NCBI GenBank assembly: GCA_965602015.1
Contig: OZ271918.1
Span: forward strand, 2,656,001-2,720,000
Direction of reading: 5' to 3'
Source: Salinispira sp.
GTDB taxonomy: Bacteria; Spirochaetota; Spirochaetia; DSM-27196; Salinispiraceae
DNA: 64,000 nucleotides
In this document: positions 1 to 9,424 of the stretch, piece after piece
Numbering within the stretch: the stretch's first letter is position 1
Layout: every line of letters begins with the position of its first letter
Position numbers and translations under genes: made by a program
The notes under the pieces: model-generated
The model's database searches: none
Told to the model about the DNA's origin: nothing
What the model saw: the letters and a program-made list of their open reading frames with translations, nothing else

Positions 1-2965
1 CGAGGATACCATCCCGGTCGACGTACCAGCCGGGGTTTGAGCTGGCCTCAAAGGCTTCCGGTGAAGAAAAAATCGTGGGTTTGTCCAGGTATGGGTTGCC
101 GTCCCATGGACAGAACTGTCCGCAGTTGCCGCATTCGTTGCACAGTCCGTCTAAATGGACGATCTGCTGCTCATTGGCAAAGCCATTTCCCGGCACAGTG
201 ACGGCAATGTTCGCCCGATTGGGACAGACGTCCACGCATTTATTGCACACCACGTTGCACTCCAGGCAGCGTTCAAGTTCCAGGGCTGCGAAGGCTTCGG
301 CGTCATATGGCTTTCGGGGGTCCGGCTTGGGAATCGACCGGCCCCGTTTGGCAGCAATCTGGGCGCTCTGGGCCCCGGTGGGCACAAGAGCTGCGCTTCG
401 GCCCATGCGCAGAGGGAAGGATGTCAGCGCAGCGGCGGCCCGGCGGCCCTCGGCTATGCAGTTGACAATTGAACTGCCTCCGGTCCGGCTGTCCCCGATT
501 AGATACAGTCCGTCGCTGGCGGTGCTGCCGTCTTCTCCCGCAGCTACCCGCCCTTTTTCATCGAGGAGTCCCAGGTTTTCCAGCACCTCGTATTCCGGAT
601 CGTCCCCGACCGCCGAGACGCAGAAGTCCGCCTCTATAATGCTTGTTTTGCCGGTTGGCAGGGGACGCCGGCGGCCCGAGGAATCGGGCATTCCCAGTTC
701 CATTTCTTCAATTACCAGGGTGCCCGATTCCTGGGAGAACTTTGGCGAGTGAAGCCAGAAAAACTCCACCCCGTCCTCCATGGCCAGCTCGTACTCTTCC
801 CTGCTTGCGGGCATCTGGTCGCGGCTGCGCCGGTAGAGCACCGTCGAGCTTGTAACACCGGGAATCCTCAGCGCCGACCGGGCGCAGTCCATCGCCGTAT
901 CCCCTGCCCCGATAATCACCGCCCGTCCCTCGGCATGTTCCATGACTTCCCCGCGGTTGAATCGGCCGAGGAAATCGTATGCGCCGAAAACCGGCATGCC
1001 GCTTCCCAGATCCATATCCCGATCCTGCCAGGTACCCAGGGCCAGGATTACATTGGCAAAGCCCCGGGCCTTAATGGCATCGATATCGATATCATCGCTC
1101 CAGTTAAAATGAAAAATAACGCCGAGGTCCCGTATGCGATCGATGTCCCGGGTAATCGCATCCCGGGATATGCGGAATTTGGGAACGATGTAGCTGATAA
1201 CCCCGCCGGCTCCCGGGGCCCGGTCGAAGACCTCAACGGGAAATCCCTCTCGGGCGAGAAAATAGGCCGCCGACAGGCCCGCGGGTCCGGCGCCGATTAC
1301 CGCGGTGCGCGGCCCGTTGGCCCCTGCACTGCTGCGCCCGGGCACCGGGGTAGCGCCGGATTTCTCATCTATTATGTGCTTCACCTCACGGATATTGAGG
1401 CAACCCTCATAATCCAGCCGTGTGCAGTGCAGCTGACATGCGTGGTCGCAAATTGCCCCGGTGATTCCCGGCAGGGCGTTGTCTTCAAGAATGACCGACA
1501 TGGCTTCGTCCCATCTGCCCTCCCCGGCAAGCCGGAGGTATTCGGGCACCTGCTGCGCGATGGGGCAGGCGCTGACGCAGGGGGCCACATAGCAGTCGCT
1601 CAGAGGCAGGGGGCCCGGGTTATGCACCTTATCGTCACTGCGGAAATCCTTCCGGTACTCCCGGGCCGAACGGGCTTCATCGGCTAAGGTTCTGATTGCC
1701 TCGGGATTCGGTCTGTCCATGCTCCATGCCTCGGGTTTTGTCTGTTCATCGAGGACGGCCAGGAGCTCCAGCTGCCGAAAATACCCCCCGGGCTTTAGCA
1801 GGTCGGTGGCAAGGGTCACCGGCCTGATGCCCGCGGCAAAGACCTGGGCCACATTCCATGCGGCAATACCGCCGGAGTAACTGATGGGCAGCCCGCCCTC
1901 GAAGGCTTCGGCTATGCGCGCCGCCAATTCGATTGTTACGGGATACAGGGCCCGTCCGGAGAGGTAGCGCTCCTCCCCCGGCAGGGCTTTGCCGTCGTTG
2001 TGATTCGCCAGAGTATTGCTGAGCTTGACGCCGAAGCGCCGGTTCTCCTGTTTGGCCAGGTCCATGAGGCGGCGGAGCATCGGGAGGGCCTGCTGCCAGC
2101 TCAGATCTTTTGCAAAGCCCTCGGGATCAAGCTCAACATAGTTGTAGCCCGTATCATCGAGGATCTGCCGCACATCGTCGTGACCAAGGAGGGTAGGATT
2201 AAGTTTGACGTAGCAATCGAGGCCGACGGCACTGAGCATATGGGACGCGATTGCCTCGATTTCCGCCGGCGGACAGCCGTGCATGGTGGACAGGGTCACC
2301 GAACTGCAAATTTCCCCGGAAATCCCATCCAGCGCAGCCTCCGCTGCTGGCAATGCCTCCTCCAGCCCGGCGGTCTGCAGCAGTCCGGGAAGAATGTCCC
2401 GAGCTTCGTCGATCCAGCGCTGAAAAAGGGGCTCGGCTGAAGAATCGATCATTCTTTGTATGTACTGCTGCATTTTTTCGGTCTTTATTCCCTTCAGGTC
2501 ATAGCCCACCGAAAGATTGAAGGTGAAGGAACGGGGCAAATCGCTGCCTTTGAGGCCAAAAATCGCCTCGATGAGATGAAGAAGCAGCCAACCCTTGGCG
2601 TACTCCTGCCAGGCAGTCTCCAGCGACAGCTCGGTGGACCATTCGGTGTTGTATCCCTCGTCGGCTACATCGATGCAGGGCTTTGCAATTTCCAGCGATT
2701 CGAGAATCTGGGTGGTCTTGAGTTCGATAAACCGGCTTCCGGTCAGATATGAAGCCACAATGTTTACCGCGAGCTGGGTATGAGGTCCGGCCGCCGGGCC
2801 AAGGGGATTCTCCAACTCCCGGCCGAAAACCTCTATCGTACGGCCCGCAGGCCCGCGGTACCAGGCTGAGCGGGGAATTGAACAAATCCCTCCTTCCGCG
2901 GCGTATTCGGAGAAAATCCGCCGCAGTACATCGGCAAAGGGGTAAATCGCCATCAGATCAGTCAT
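1..2965 (-). CDS. ygfK: Putative selenate reductase/oxidoreductase YgfK-like (Fe-S, FAD; purine catabolism); 3' end runs off the window
   Basis: Absent from the ORF track because there is no stop in the window. Read on the - strand from ATG 2965 with SD AGGAGG: MTDLMAIYPFADVLRRIFSEY...GPAAGPHTQLAVNIVASYLTGSRFIELKT...KPCIDVADEGYNTEWSTEL, matching the YgfK N-terminus. Ferredoxin motif CNECGNCGQFCP lies near 105-145. Confidence 0.88.
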   Translation of the reverse strand, partial: MTDLMAIYPFADVLRRIFSEYAAEGGICSIPRSAWYRGPAGRTIEVFGRELENPLGPAAGPHTQLAVNIVASYLTGSRFIELKTTQILESLEIAKPCIDVADEGYNTEWSTELSLETAWQEYAKGWLLLHLIEAIFGLKGSDLPRSFTFNLSVGYDLKGIKTEKMQQYIQRMIDSSAEPLFQRWIDEARDILPGLLQTAGLEEALPAAEAALDGISGEICSSVTLSTMHGCPPAEIEAIASHMLSAVGLDCYVKLNPTLLGHDDVRQILDDTGYNYVELDPEGFAKDLSWQQALPMLRRLMDLAKQENRRFGVKLSNTLANHNDGKALPGEERYLSGRALYPVTIELAARIAEAFEGGLPISYSGGIAAWNVAQVFAAGIRPVTLATDLLKPGGYFRQLELLAVLDEQTKPEAWSMDRPNPEAIRTLADEARSAREYRKDFRSDDKVHNPGPLPLSDCYVAPCVSACPIAQQVPEYLRLAGEGRWDEAMSVILEDNALPGITGAICDHACQLHCTRLDYEGCLNIREVKHIIDEKSGATPVPGRSSAGANGPRTAVIGAGPAGLSAAYFLAREGFPVEVFDRAPGAGGVISYIVPKFRISRDAITRDIDRIRDLGVIFHFNWSDDIDIDAIKARGFANVILALGTWQDRDMDLGSGMPVFGAYDFLGRFNRGEVMEHAEGRAVIIGAGDTAMDCARSALRIPGVTSSTVLYRRSRDQMPASREEYELAMEDGVEFFWLHSPKFSQESGTLVIEEMELGMPDSSGRRRPLPTGKTSIIEADFCVSAVGDDPEYEVLENLGLLDEKGRVAAGEDGSTASDGLYLIGDSRTGGSSIVNCIAEGRRAAAALTSFPLRMGRSAALVPTGAQSAQIAAKRGRSIPKPDPRKPYDAEAFAALELERCLECNVVCNKCVDVCPNRANIAVTVPGNGFANEQQIVHLDGLCNECGNCGQFCPWDGNPYLDKPTIFSSPEAFEASSNPGWYVDRDGIL

Positions 2966-3182
2966 GGTAACCTCCTGCGGACAGCATAAAGCTTCGATTC
3001 GCGCCGGCTTCGCTGTGCCCCGGCTTCGGTTTTGCGCTGTAAAGGAAGGGATGTATTGCTGATGCTGATGCAGAAATAAGGACGAGGTGTTTGAGATACA
3101 TGTTGTGTATGCGCTGCGCTTCTGGCATTCCCAATGAGCAAACCTGACCCCCTGAGGGCGCAAAATAGGAGCCAGGAGTTCT

Positions 3183-3218
3183 GAATAGCGGAACTCGCTG
3201 AGTCCTGCTATTCTTTTT
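3183..3218 (+). terminator. Intrinsic terminator-like hairpin on the + strand
   Basis: GAATAGCGGAACTC-GCT-GAGTCCTGCTATTC followed by TTTTT. Confidence 0.55.
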
Positions 3219-3312
3219 GGGTTTAGCCTGAAAAAAAGAATATGAAAAATCAGACCGGCCTGACGGCCTCCCGATGTATGCTCGCATCTGTAGGGTAAGA
3301 CGGTACGTCAAA

Positions 3313-3341
3313 ATGTTAAATCCTGCTTAACTGCCTGTCAA
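3313..3341 (-). promoter_or_regulatory. Sigma70-like promoter for ygfK (implies a ~340-nt leader)
   Basis: - strand TTGACA-17 nt-TAACAT. Confidence 0.6.
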
Positions 3342-3398
3342 GCGCAAAACATTCCATTGGGCGAAATAAGCCCCTCCGGCCTCCACGGGGAAGCCCGC

Positions 3399-3427
3399 TT
3401 GCACCGGATATTTCCAGGGACTAATAT
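3399..3427 (+). promoter_or_regulatory. Sigma70-like promoter for adenine deaminase
   Basis: TTGCAC-17 nt-TAATAT, then GAGG SD before ATG 3446. Confidence 0.5.
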
Positions 3428-3445
3428 GAAAGTGAGGGGGATCGC

Positions 3446-5206
3446 ATGATCACATCCCGGAACCAGGCAAACTTCTCAGCGTTTATCGACGCTGCGGCCG
3501 GACGACGACGGAGCGACCTGCTTTTAAAAAACTGCCGCATCGTCAATGTATTTACCTCCGTCATCACCGACGGATCAATTCTCATCCACGATGGTAAAAT
3601 TGCCGCCTGCGGACCCCAGGCCGATGATCCGGCATACTCGGCCCGCAAAGAAATTGACCTGGACGGCGCCTACGTCCTCCCGGGACTCATCGACAGCCAT
3701 GTGCATATCGAATCATCGATGCTCATCCCCTCCCAGTTCGCCCGGGCGGTAATGCCCCGGGGAACCACATCGGTTATCGCCGATCCCCATGAAATCGCCA
3801 ATGTGGCCGGAGAAGAGGGCATGCGATACATGATCGCCGACGCCCAGCGCACACCGCTGAACTGCTTTTTTATGGTACCCAGCTGCGTCCCCGCCACACC
3901 ATTCGAGCACGCCGGCGCAGTGCTCGACGCCGGCGCGGTTTCCCTTCTCCTGGAAATTCCCGGAACCCTGGGCCTCGGGGAAGTAATGGATTATCCGGCG
4001 GTCACCGGGGGCGACAGCGAGGTCCTGGCAAAAATCAGCGCAGCGGTAAACCGGAACATGCCCATTGACGGTCACGGGCCCATGATCAGCGGCAGGGATT
4101 TAATGGCCTACCTGGCCGCAGGAATCCAGACTGACCACGAGTGCAGCACCCCCGAGGAAGCCTCGGCTCGCCTGGCTGCAGGCATGAGAATCCTCATCAG
4201 GGAGGGAAGCGCCGCTCAAAATCTCGAGGCCCTGCTGCCGGCGGTTAACTCGGGAAATGCCCGGCGATGCAGCTTTTGCACCGACGACCGCAGTAGCGAG
4301 GACATCCTCAAAGAAGGGCACATGGATCACATTCTCAGACGGGCGGTTTCCCGGGGAATGGATGCCATCCGCGCCGTGCAGATGGCGACCCTGAACGCCG
4401 CAGAAGCCTACGGCCTGAGGGGAAAGGGGGGCATAGCCCCGGGCTGGGACGCCGACCTGACGGTGGTGGAGGACCTAAAGGACTTCAAGGTTCTGCAGAC
4501 CTGGGCCGCCGGAAAGCTGGCCGCCCAGGACGGTGAAGCCCGGTTCAGGAATAGCGGACCCTCGGTGAGCTATGACCGCCCGAGTATGAATACCGCCCCG
4601 CTTTCCATTGAGAGCTTCGCCCTTCCGATACAATCCGAACATGCCACGGTGATTCACATTCATCCCGGAAGCCTCATAACCGAAAAAGCGCTTCGCCGCA
4701 TTCACCGAGATAACAACGGAAATTTTCTGACCGAAGAACTGCTGGATATCTGCAAGCTTGCGGTAATCGAGCGGCACCACGCCACGGGCAACAAAGGCAT
4801 CGGCCTGGTGGAGGGTTACGGCATCAAGGCCGGAGCGGTGGCCATCACCATCGCCCATGACTCCCACAATCTGCTGGTGATCGGCCGGAATGACAGGGAC
4901 ATGCTGGCGGCGGCCCGGGCCCTGGTGGAATGCGGAGGAGGTATTGCCCTGGTAAAAGATAACAGCCTGCTGGGAAGTCTGCCCCTTCCGGTTGGAGGCC
5001 TCATGAGCGATAAAACTGCCGATGAGGTTAGCCGGAAGCTCGCTGCCCTGACAGAGCTGGCGAGACGGGAACTGGGTGTCAGTGAACAGATCGATCCGTT
5101 TATGACCCTCTCATTTCTCGCGCTACCGGTTATTCCCTCCATCAAGCTCACGGACCAGGGGCTGTTTGATGTCGATCGCTTCGAGCATATACCCATCGAG
5201 GGGTGA
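3446..5206 (+). CDS. ade: Adenine deaminase
   Basis: PGLIDSHVHIESS, ADPHEIANV, DGH, DHEC, IREGS, CTDD and AHDSHN motifs; 586 aa. Confidence 0.95.
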   Translation: MITSRNQANFSAFIDAAAGRRRSDLLLKNCRIVNVFTSVITDGSILIHDGKIAACGPQADDPAYSARKEIDLDGAYVLPGLIDSHVHIESSMLIPSQFARAVMPRGTTSVIADPHEIANVAGEEGMRYMIADAQRTPLNCFFMVPSCVPATPFEHAGAVLDAGAVSLLLEIPGTLGLGEVMDYPAVTGGDSEVLAKISAAVNRNMPIDGHGPMISGRDLMAYLAAGIQTDHECSTPEEASARLAAGMRILIREGSAAQNLEALLPAVNSGNARRCSFCTDDRSSEDILKEGHMDHILRRAVSRGMDAIRAVQMATLNAAEAYGLRGKGGIAPGWDADLTVVEDLKDFKVLQTWAAGKLAAQDGEARFRNSGPSVSYDRPSMNTAPLSIESFALPIQSEHATVIHIHPGSLITEKALRRIHRDNNGNFLTEELLDICKLAVIERHHATGNKGIGLVEGYGIKAGAVAITIAHDSHNLLVIGRNDRDMLAAARALVECGGGIALVKDNSLLGSLPLPVGGLMSDKTADEVSRKLAALTELARRELGVSEQIDPFMTLSFLALPVIPSIKLTDQGLFDVDRFEHIPIEG

Positions 5207-5220
5207 ACCCTCGACATTTA

Positions 5221-6000
5221 TTACTCCTTCAGGCCCCGGTAATCCGGCAGGGGATAACGCCTCCGGGCGGAGTTTATCTCCCGATAGGGAATACCATACA
5301 ACTGCCCGAGGGTTTCCGCCGTGAGCACCTCCGCCGGCAGACCGCTGGTTACTATGCTCCCCCTATGAAGACAGCTCACCTGGTCGGCGTATTCGCTGAC
5401 CAGAAGCGGATTATGGCTGGTCAGCACGACGGTAATCCCGTCGGAGGCCAGGTCGGCGAGAATGCGGTGCAGCCTCATATCCCTGGCAGGGTCCAGATGG
5501 CTTTCTGGTTCATCGAGAATGAGCACGCTGGGTTCGGCGCAGAGGCTCCTGGCGATGCTCACCATTTGCTGTTCTCCGCCGGACAGGCTTCGCAGCAGAC
5601 GGCGCGCGAGATGGGATATTTCCAGGCGGGAAAGTACCGATTCGGCTGCCAGTTCATCCTCCCTTCGGGGTATGAACCAGCCCGGTCGACCGGCTGCCCG
5701 CCCCATAAGGACCGCGTCGATTACCGAGTAATTATATGAATGGTCATCCCCCTGGGGGACGTATGCCATAAGCCGGGAGCGCTCCAGACTGTCCAGTTCG
5801 CCGATCGGTCGCCCTGAAAAATATATCTCGCCGGAATCCGGTTCCACATACCCCAAAATCAGCTTGAGAAGGGTGGTTTTGCCGCTGCCGTTCGGTCCGA
5901 GAATACAGTGAACCTCTCCTGAATTTATTTCCAAGGACAGCTGACCAATGACCGGGCTTCCGCTGTCGTAACTAAAGCACAATTTCGAGCAGCGTATCAT
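5221..6000 (-). CDS. ABC transporter ATP-binding protein (FecE/BtuD-like)
   Basis: GPNGSGKT, LSGGEQQ, LDEP. Start placed at ATG 6000, which overlaps the permease stop. Confidence 0.9.
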   Translation of the reverse strand: MIRCSKLCFSYDSGSPVIGQLSLEINSGEVHCILGPNGSGKTTLLKLILGYVEPDSGEIYFSGRPIGELDSLERSRLMAYVPQGDDHSYNYSVIDAVLMGRAAGRPGWFIPRREDELAAESVLSRLEISHLARRLLRSLSGGEQQMVSIARSLCAEPSVLILDEPESHLDPARDMRLHRILADLASDGITVVLTSHNPLLVSEYADQVSCLHRGSIVTSGLPAEVLTAETLGQLYGIPYREINSARRRYPLPDYRGLKE

Positions 6001-6962
6001 GACAGGGAAGCCCCCCGCCTGGTGAGGATGAGGATGAACAACCCGGCGCCCCACAATGAGGTAATGATACCCAGAGGTATTTCGCTCACCAGAAGGCTGC
6101 GCGCCAGGGTATCGGAGGCGATAACCAAGGCGCCTCCAAGAAAGGCGGAGACCGGCAGAAGAGTTCTTCCGTCGGCTCCGGCTATCCTTCTGGCCAGATG
6201 GGGCACCAGAAGTCCCACCCAGGAAATAATTCCGGCGATACTGGTCATTGCCGCGACTCCCAGGGAGGCCAGCAGCAAAAATACCATTCGCTCCGCGGAC
6301 GGCCGGGCTCCGAGGGAAAATCCGCTCAGATCATCGAGGCTGAGGATATTCATCCTCCAGCGGAAAATGAGAATTATCGTCATGCTGACCAGCGACAGGG
6401 CAGCCGGGAGGGGCAGGCGTTCCCACAGGGCGTCGCCCAATCCGCCGAGCATCCAGAAGGTCAGTTCCTGGAGCTGGGAATCCGGATCGGCCAGATACTT
6501 TGCCAGCCCGATTCCCGCGGTCATCAGGGCGGAGACCGCCAAACCGGATATGACCAATCGGATTATCCACCCGCCGAAGCGAATTGCCCGCGCCAGGTAG
6601 AAGCTCAAAAGCAGGCCGGCGGCGGCGAATACCAAAGGTAGTACATGGATGCCCCATCCGGGGGCAAACAGGATAGCGACTGCGGCTCCCAGGGCGGCGC
6701 CCTGACTGACTCCGAGAAACCCCGGTTCGACCAGGGGATTGCGGAGAAGCATCTGAAAAAGAGCGCCGGACAGTCCCAGATTCATTCCCAGCAGCAGCGA
6801 TGCGACAATCCGGGGCGCCCGGAGATTTATCAGAATCCGGGCGCCAAGGCTTCCCGGAGCCAGGTCGGCGGGGTTGGTGAACCCCGGCTGGGGAAACCGG
6901 CCGATGAACAGGGACAGCGCTGCGGCCCCGAGCATCAGGAGACACAGCATCCCGACCCGCAT
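5997..6962 (-). CDS. FecCD/BtuC-family ABC permease
   Basis: LRAPRI, QMLLRNPLVEPGFLGVSQGA, GIISWVGLLVPH, EIPLGII. Start is ATG 6962 or TTG 6992; the ORF-track extension overlaps the SBP gene. Confidence 0.9.
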   Translation of the reverse strand: MRVGMLCLLMLGAAALSLFIGRFPQPGFTNPADLAPGSLGARILINLRAPRIVASLLLGMNLGLSGALFQMLLRNPLVEPGFLGVSQGAALGAAVAILFAPGWGIHVLPLVFAAAGLLLSFYLARAIRFGGWIIRLVISGLAVSALMTAGIGLAKYLADPDSQLQELTFWMLGGLGDALWERLPLPAALSLVSMTIILIFRWRMNILSLDDLSGFSLGARPSAERMVFLLLASLGVAAMTSIAGIISWVGLLVPHLARRIAGADGRTLLPVSAFLGGALVIASDTLARSLLVSEIPLGIITSLWGAGLFILILTRRGASLS

Positions 6963-6981
6963 CGTCAACGGGGTTCGAACC

Positions 6982-8085
6982 CTATCGCCCAAAGAGATCT
7001 CCGCTGATACGGGGGCGTATATGCTCGTCGAAGGCGCGTTCGTCGAGATCGTACAGATCGGCGAAAAACATTCTGGCGGATTGCTCCATGTCGGATCCAA
7101 ACCCGGCGTTCTGCAAGGCTCCTGGGTGGAGTATCCGGGCAAACCACTCGGCGCCGAGGATCCAGCGGGTGTCCGCCTGTATCCAGGAGTAAAAGTCCGC
7201 GGGAGCCGCGTAGAGGCGCTGATTTTCCACTGCCTGAAGCTGGCCCCATAATGGCTCAGTCTCCAGAGCCTCACGGTACGCCTCGGCGCTGCTGCGGTAT
7301 GACACCAGAAATATGTACTCCGGATTCCAGGCAGCGATCTGTTCAAACGTGACCTCCGCCCAGCCGTCGGAACCGGCGGCTTCTTCCCCCACCGGCTGAG
7401 CGCCGGCGAGCTGCAGCTGGGTATTCTGGATCCAGTTGCCCGGAGCCACGGCGAGTCTGGGCTCATCGGGGGAACCGCTCACCTGGAGGATCAGGGCCCG
7501 GGGCGAATTTTCCGCAGGACGGGGAACAGAAGATTCGATAATTTCGACCCGTCGGTCGAACCAGGATACGAGCTCCTCGGCACGCTCACCCTGTTGCAAC
7601 AGTGCGCCGACGCGCCGGATATCCATGGCAAAATCAGCGGGGGTTTCAAGATCGAGATAGAGTACCGGAATTCCCAGGGCTTCCAGGGGCTCGCCAAGGC
7701 CGTCGGCCAGATAGCTGCGCAACAGAACGTAATCGGGACTGGTTGCCGCAATCTCCTCCGGGCCGGGGGATCTGCCAAGGCGCTGACGAAGTCGGTGATT
7801 CCCGTCGATGACTTGATAAAAGTCTCCCATGCCCTGGTCGGTGACTCCCAGCGCAACCAGCGAATCGACGGCGCCGGGAAACAGCCCGAGCACGTCAATA
7901 ATCTGAATAAGTCCCCGCCCGGCTGCGGCGATTCTTTCGGGGATCTCCGGTGCGCTTCCGACCTCCGCCGCAGCGCTCTGGCCACCGGTCTCCCGGGAGG
8001 GAGCCGCAGCTATAACGCCGGAAATGACGACCAGCACAATAAAAAATATAAACGCCCCACGCATGGGTCGCGAAGAAGTGCTCAT
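6982..8085 (-). CDS. ABC substrate-binding protein (Fe/B12/Mo class III-type)
   Basis: Signal peptide, EEIAATSPDYVL, EVTFEQIAAWNPEYIF, AVENQRLY; adjacent to a FecCD permease. Confidence 0.85.
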   Translation of the reverse strand: MSTSSRPMRGAFIFFIVLVVISGVIAAAPSRETGGQSAAAEVGSAPEIPERIAAAGRGLIQIIDVLGLFPGAVDSLVALGVTDQGMGDFYQVIDGNHRLRQRLGRSPGPEEIAATSPDYVLLRSYLADGLGEPLEALGIPVLYLDLETPADFAMDIRRVGALLQQGERAEELVSWFDRRVEIIESSVPRPAENSPRALILQVSGSPDEPRLAVAPGNWIQNTQLQLAGAQPVGEEAAGSDGWAEVTFEQIAAWNPEYIFLVSYRSSAEAYREALETEPLWGQLQAVENQRLYAAPADFYSWIQADTRWILGAEWFARILHPGALQNAGFGSDMEQSARMFFADLYDLDERAFDEHIRPRISGDLFGR

Positions 8086-8178
8086 ACATGCTCCTGCGGC
8101 CGGACTCTCCAGGAAATTTCCCGGTTAGAGCTTCTGGGGCTGGCCCCCCCGGCCTTTGGTGAATAGTATTATACGGCC

Positions 8179-8811
8179 ATGTCCGAATCAGCGAAAGATC
8201 AATATACCGGCGATAGCAGGCCGGAAAACAGCGTATGCATTATCCTGGCGGCGGGCAGTTCGAAGAGAATGGGCCGGGCGAAGCAGCTCATGGATGCCGG
8301 CGGCATGCCTCTGGTCATGCGGAGCGTGCAGACCGCGCTCAGCCGGTTTTCCCGTGCGGTGGTTGTTCAGGGGGCCGTTGATCTGCGGGCAGCCCTCGAG
8401 CCGGTGATGCGTAGAATTATTTTGGTGGACAATCCGATTTGGGCAGATGGGCAGATGGGTTCTCTCCAGACCGGACTTCGGGCAGCGGAGCAAGCTCAGC
8501 GGTATATGGTGGTTTTGGCGGATCTGCCCTTCATTCGGGCCCGGACCCTGGACCGGCTTCTCGAGCTGGATATTTCCGTGCCTGCGGCCTATCCGGTTCA
8601 CCGAGGCCGACGTGGCCATCCGGTTCTCTTTGGCCGGGAGGCGGCCCGGCTCATTCTGGAGGGCGGGCCCGAAGAACGGGCCATGAAAATCATCATGCCA
8701 TTGCACCCCGCCGAGGTAGAGGTCGATGATCCGGGCATCTACCGCGACATTGATACCCTTGAGGACTATCACAAGAATTTCGGCGGAGAGGTCCCGTGGC
8801 CCGGCAATTAA
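8179..8811 (+). CDS. mocA: Molybdenum cofactor cytidylyltransferase-like nucleotidyltransferase (MocA/YgfJ family)
   Basis: ILAAGSSKRMG, LADLPF, GRRGHPVLF, DIDTLEDY. Confidence 0.8.
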   Translation: MSESAKDQYTGDSRPENSVCIILAAGSSKRMGRAKQLMDAGGMPLVMRSVQTALSRFSRAVVVQGAVDLRAALEPVMRRIILVDNPIWADGQMGSLQTGLRAAEQAQRYMVVLADLPFIRARTLDRLLELDISVPAAYPVHRGRRGHPVLFGREAARLILEGGPEERAMKIIMPLHPAEVEVDDPGIYRDIDTLEDYHKNFGGEVPWPGN

Positions 8812-9338
8812 ATTTCTGTTCGTGAAATAACGGCTTGAGAGGGAAGCATCTCACTGCAGAGCCGGTCGGCCAGGGACGGGCGAACCGAAAGTACCAGGTC
8901 TGCGTAAACCCGGCCGTCAGACCCTCCGGCAGATCTACGGGCAAGTGAGATATTCAAAGCGGAAACCAGGGCGGAAAAGCCCCTGCCCTCAAACTCGAGG
9001 GGCCCGATCTCGTCGATGATCACCGGGGGCGACCAGGCGGAATGGAGCTCCATGCAGCGGGAAAACACACGGGAACTGAACAGAAACCGGCGGTAGGCAA
9101 ACCAGGAGCTTTCCGTCGAGCCCGGTGGGCTGGCAAAACCACTGCCGGCCTCCCGGAGAAACGGATGCGACTCGCCGGGCTGGCCGCCCCGGAGAATTAC
9201 GGCGTCATAACCGAGAAACCGACGGTCCTCAAAGCGCTTGACGCTCAGGATGCCGTCGGCTCCATGTTTTTCGGCGAACTTTTTTATGAAGGCGGTCTTT
9301 CCGCTATCCATGTCACCGACGACGAGCTCGATCCTCAC
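8808..9338 (-). CDS. THEP1/DUF2478-like nucleoside triphosphatase
   Basis: Walker A VVGDMDSGKT, GYD, IIDEIGPLE. GTG 9338 is preceded by GGAGG. Confidence 0.7.
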   Translation of the reverse strand: MRIELVVGDMDSGKTAFIKKFAEKHGADGILSVKRFEDRRFLGYDAVILRGGQPGESHPFLREAGSGFASPPGSTESSWFAYRRFLFSSRVFSRCMELHSAWSPPVIIDEIGPLEFEGRGFSALVSALNISLARRSAGGSDGRVYADLVLSVRPSLADRLCSEMLPSQAVISRTEI

Positions 9339-9424
9339 CCAAAACCTCCCGATCCGAAGCAACGGAGGAGGACCGGTGAGGACCGGCTCCCGCGCGACCG
9401 AGTCGCGCCGTGATTCGGAGTGAC

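Noticed and set aside
749..1687. 312-aa + strand ORF and neighbouring short ORFs in 75-2970
   Set aside because: Antisense or out-of-frame shadows of the ygfK-like gene, which the ORF track omits because it has no stop in the window
1..2965. Selenocysteine recoding in the 'selenate reductase'-like gene
   Set aside because: The frame appears open to the window edge; an in-frame TGA would have produced a terminated ORF in the track
3136..3200. c-di-GMP-I (GEMM) riboswitch, suggested by GCAAACC...GGGCGCAAA
   Set aside because: No GNRA tetraloop or receptor and no convincing P1/P3; kept only as part of the unexplained leader finding until an Rfam scan is run
6993..7466. N-terminal extension of the FecCD permease in the ORF track (likewise cheB 37415-37516 and pstC 55781-55846)
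   Set aside because: These extensions overlap upstream genes or leaders; better-supported starts lie downstream
8086..8166. Cobalamin or Moco riboswitch upstream of the ABC binding protein
   Set aside because: The gap is under 100 bp, is shared with a divergent promoter, and shows only a simple hairpin without the conserved aptamer motifs
8440..8460. TGGGCAGA micro-repeat in mocA as a phase-variation tract
   Set aside because: Only about 2.5 copies, encoding an ordinary WADGQMG segment in an intact frame
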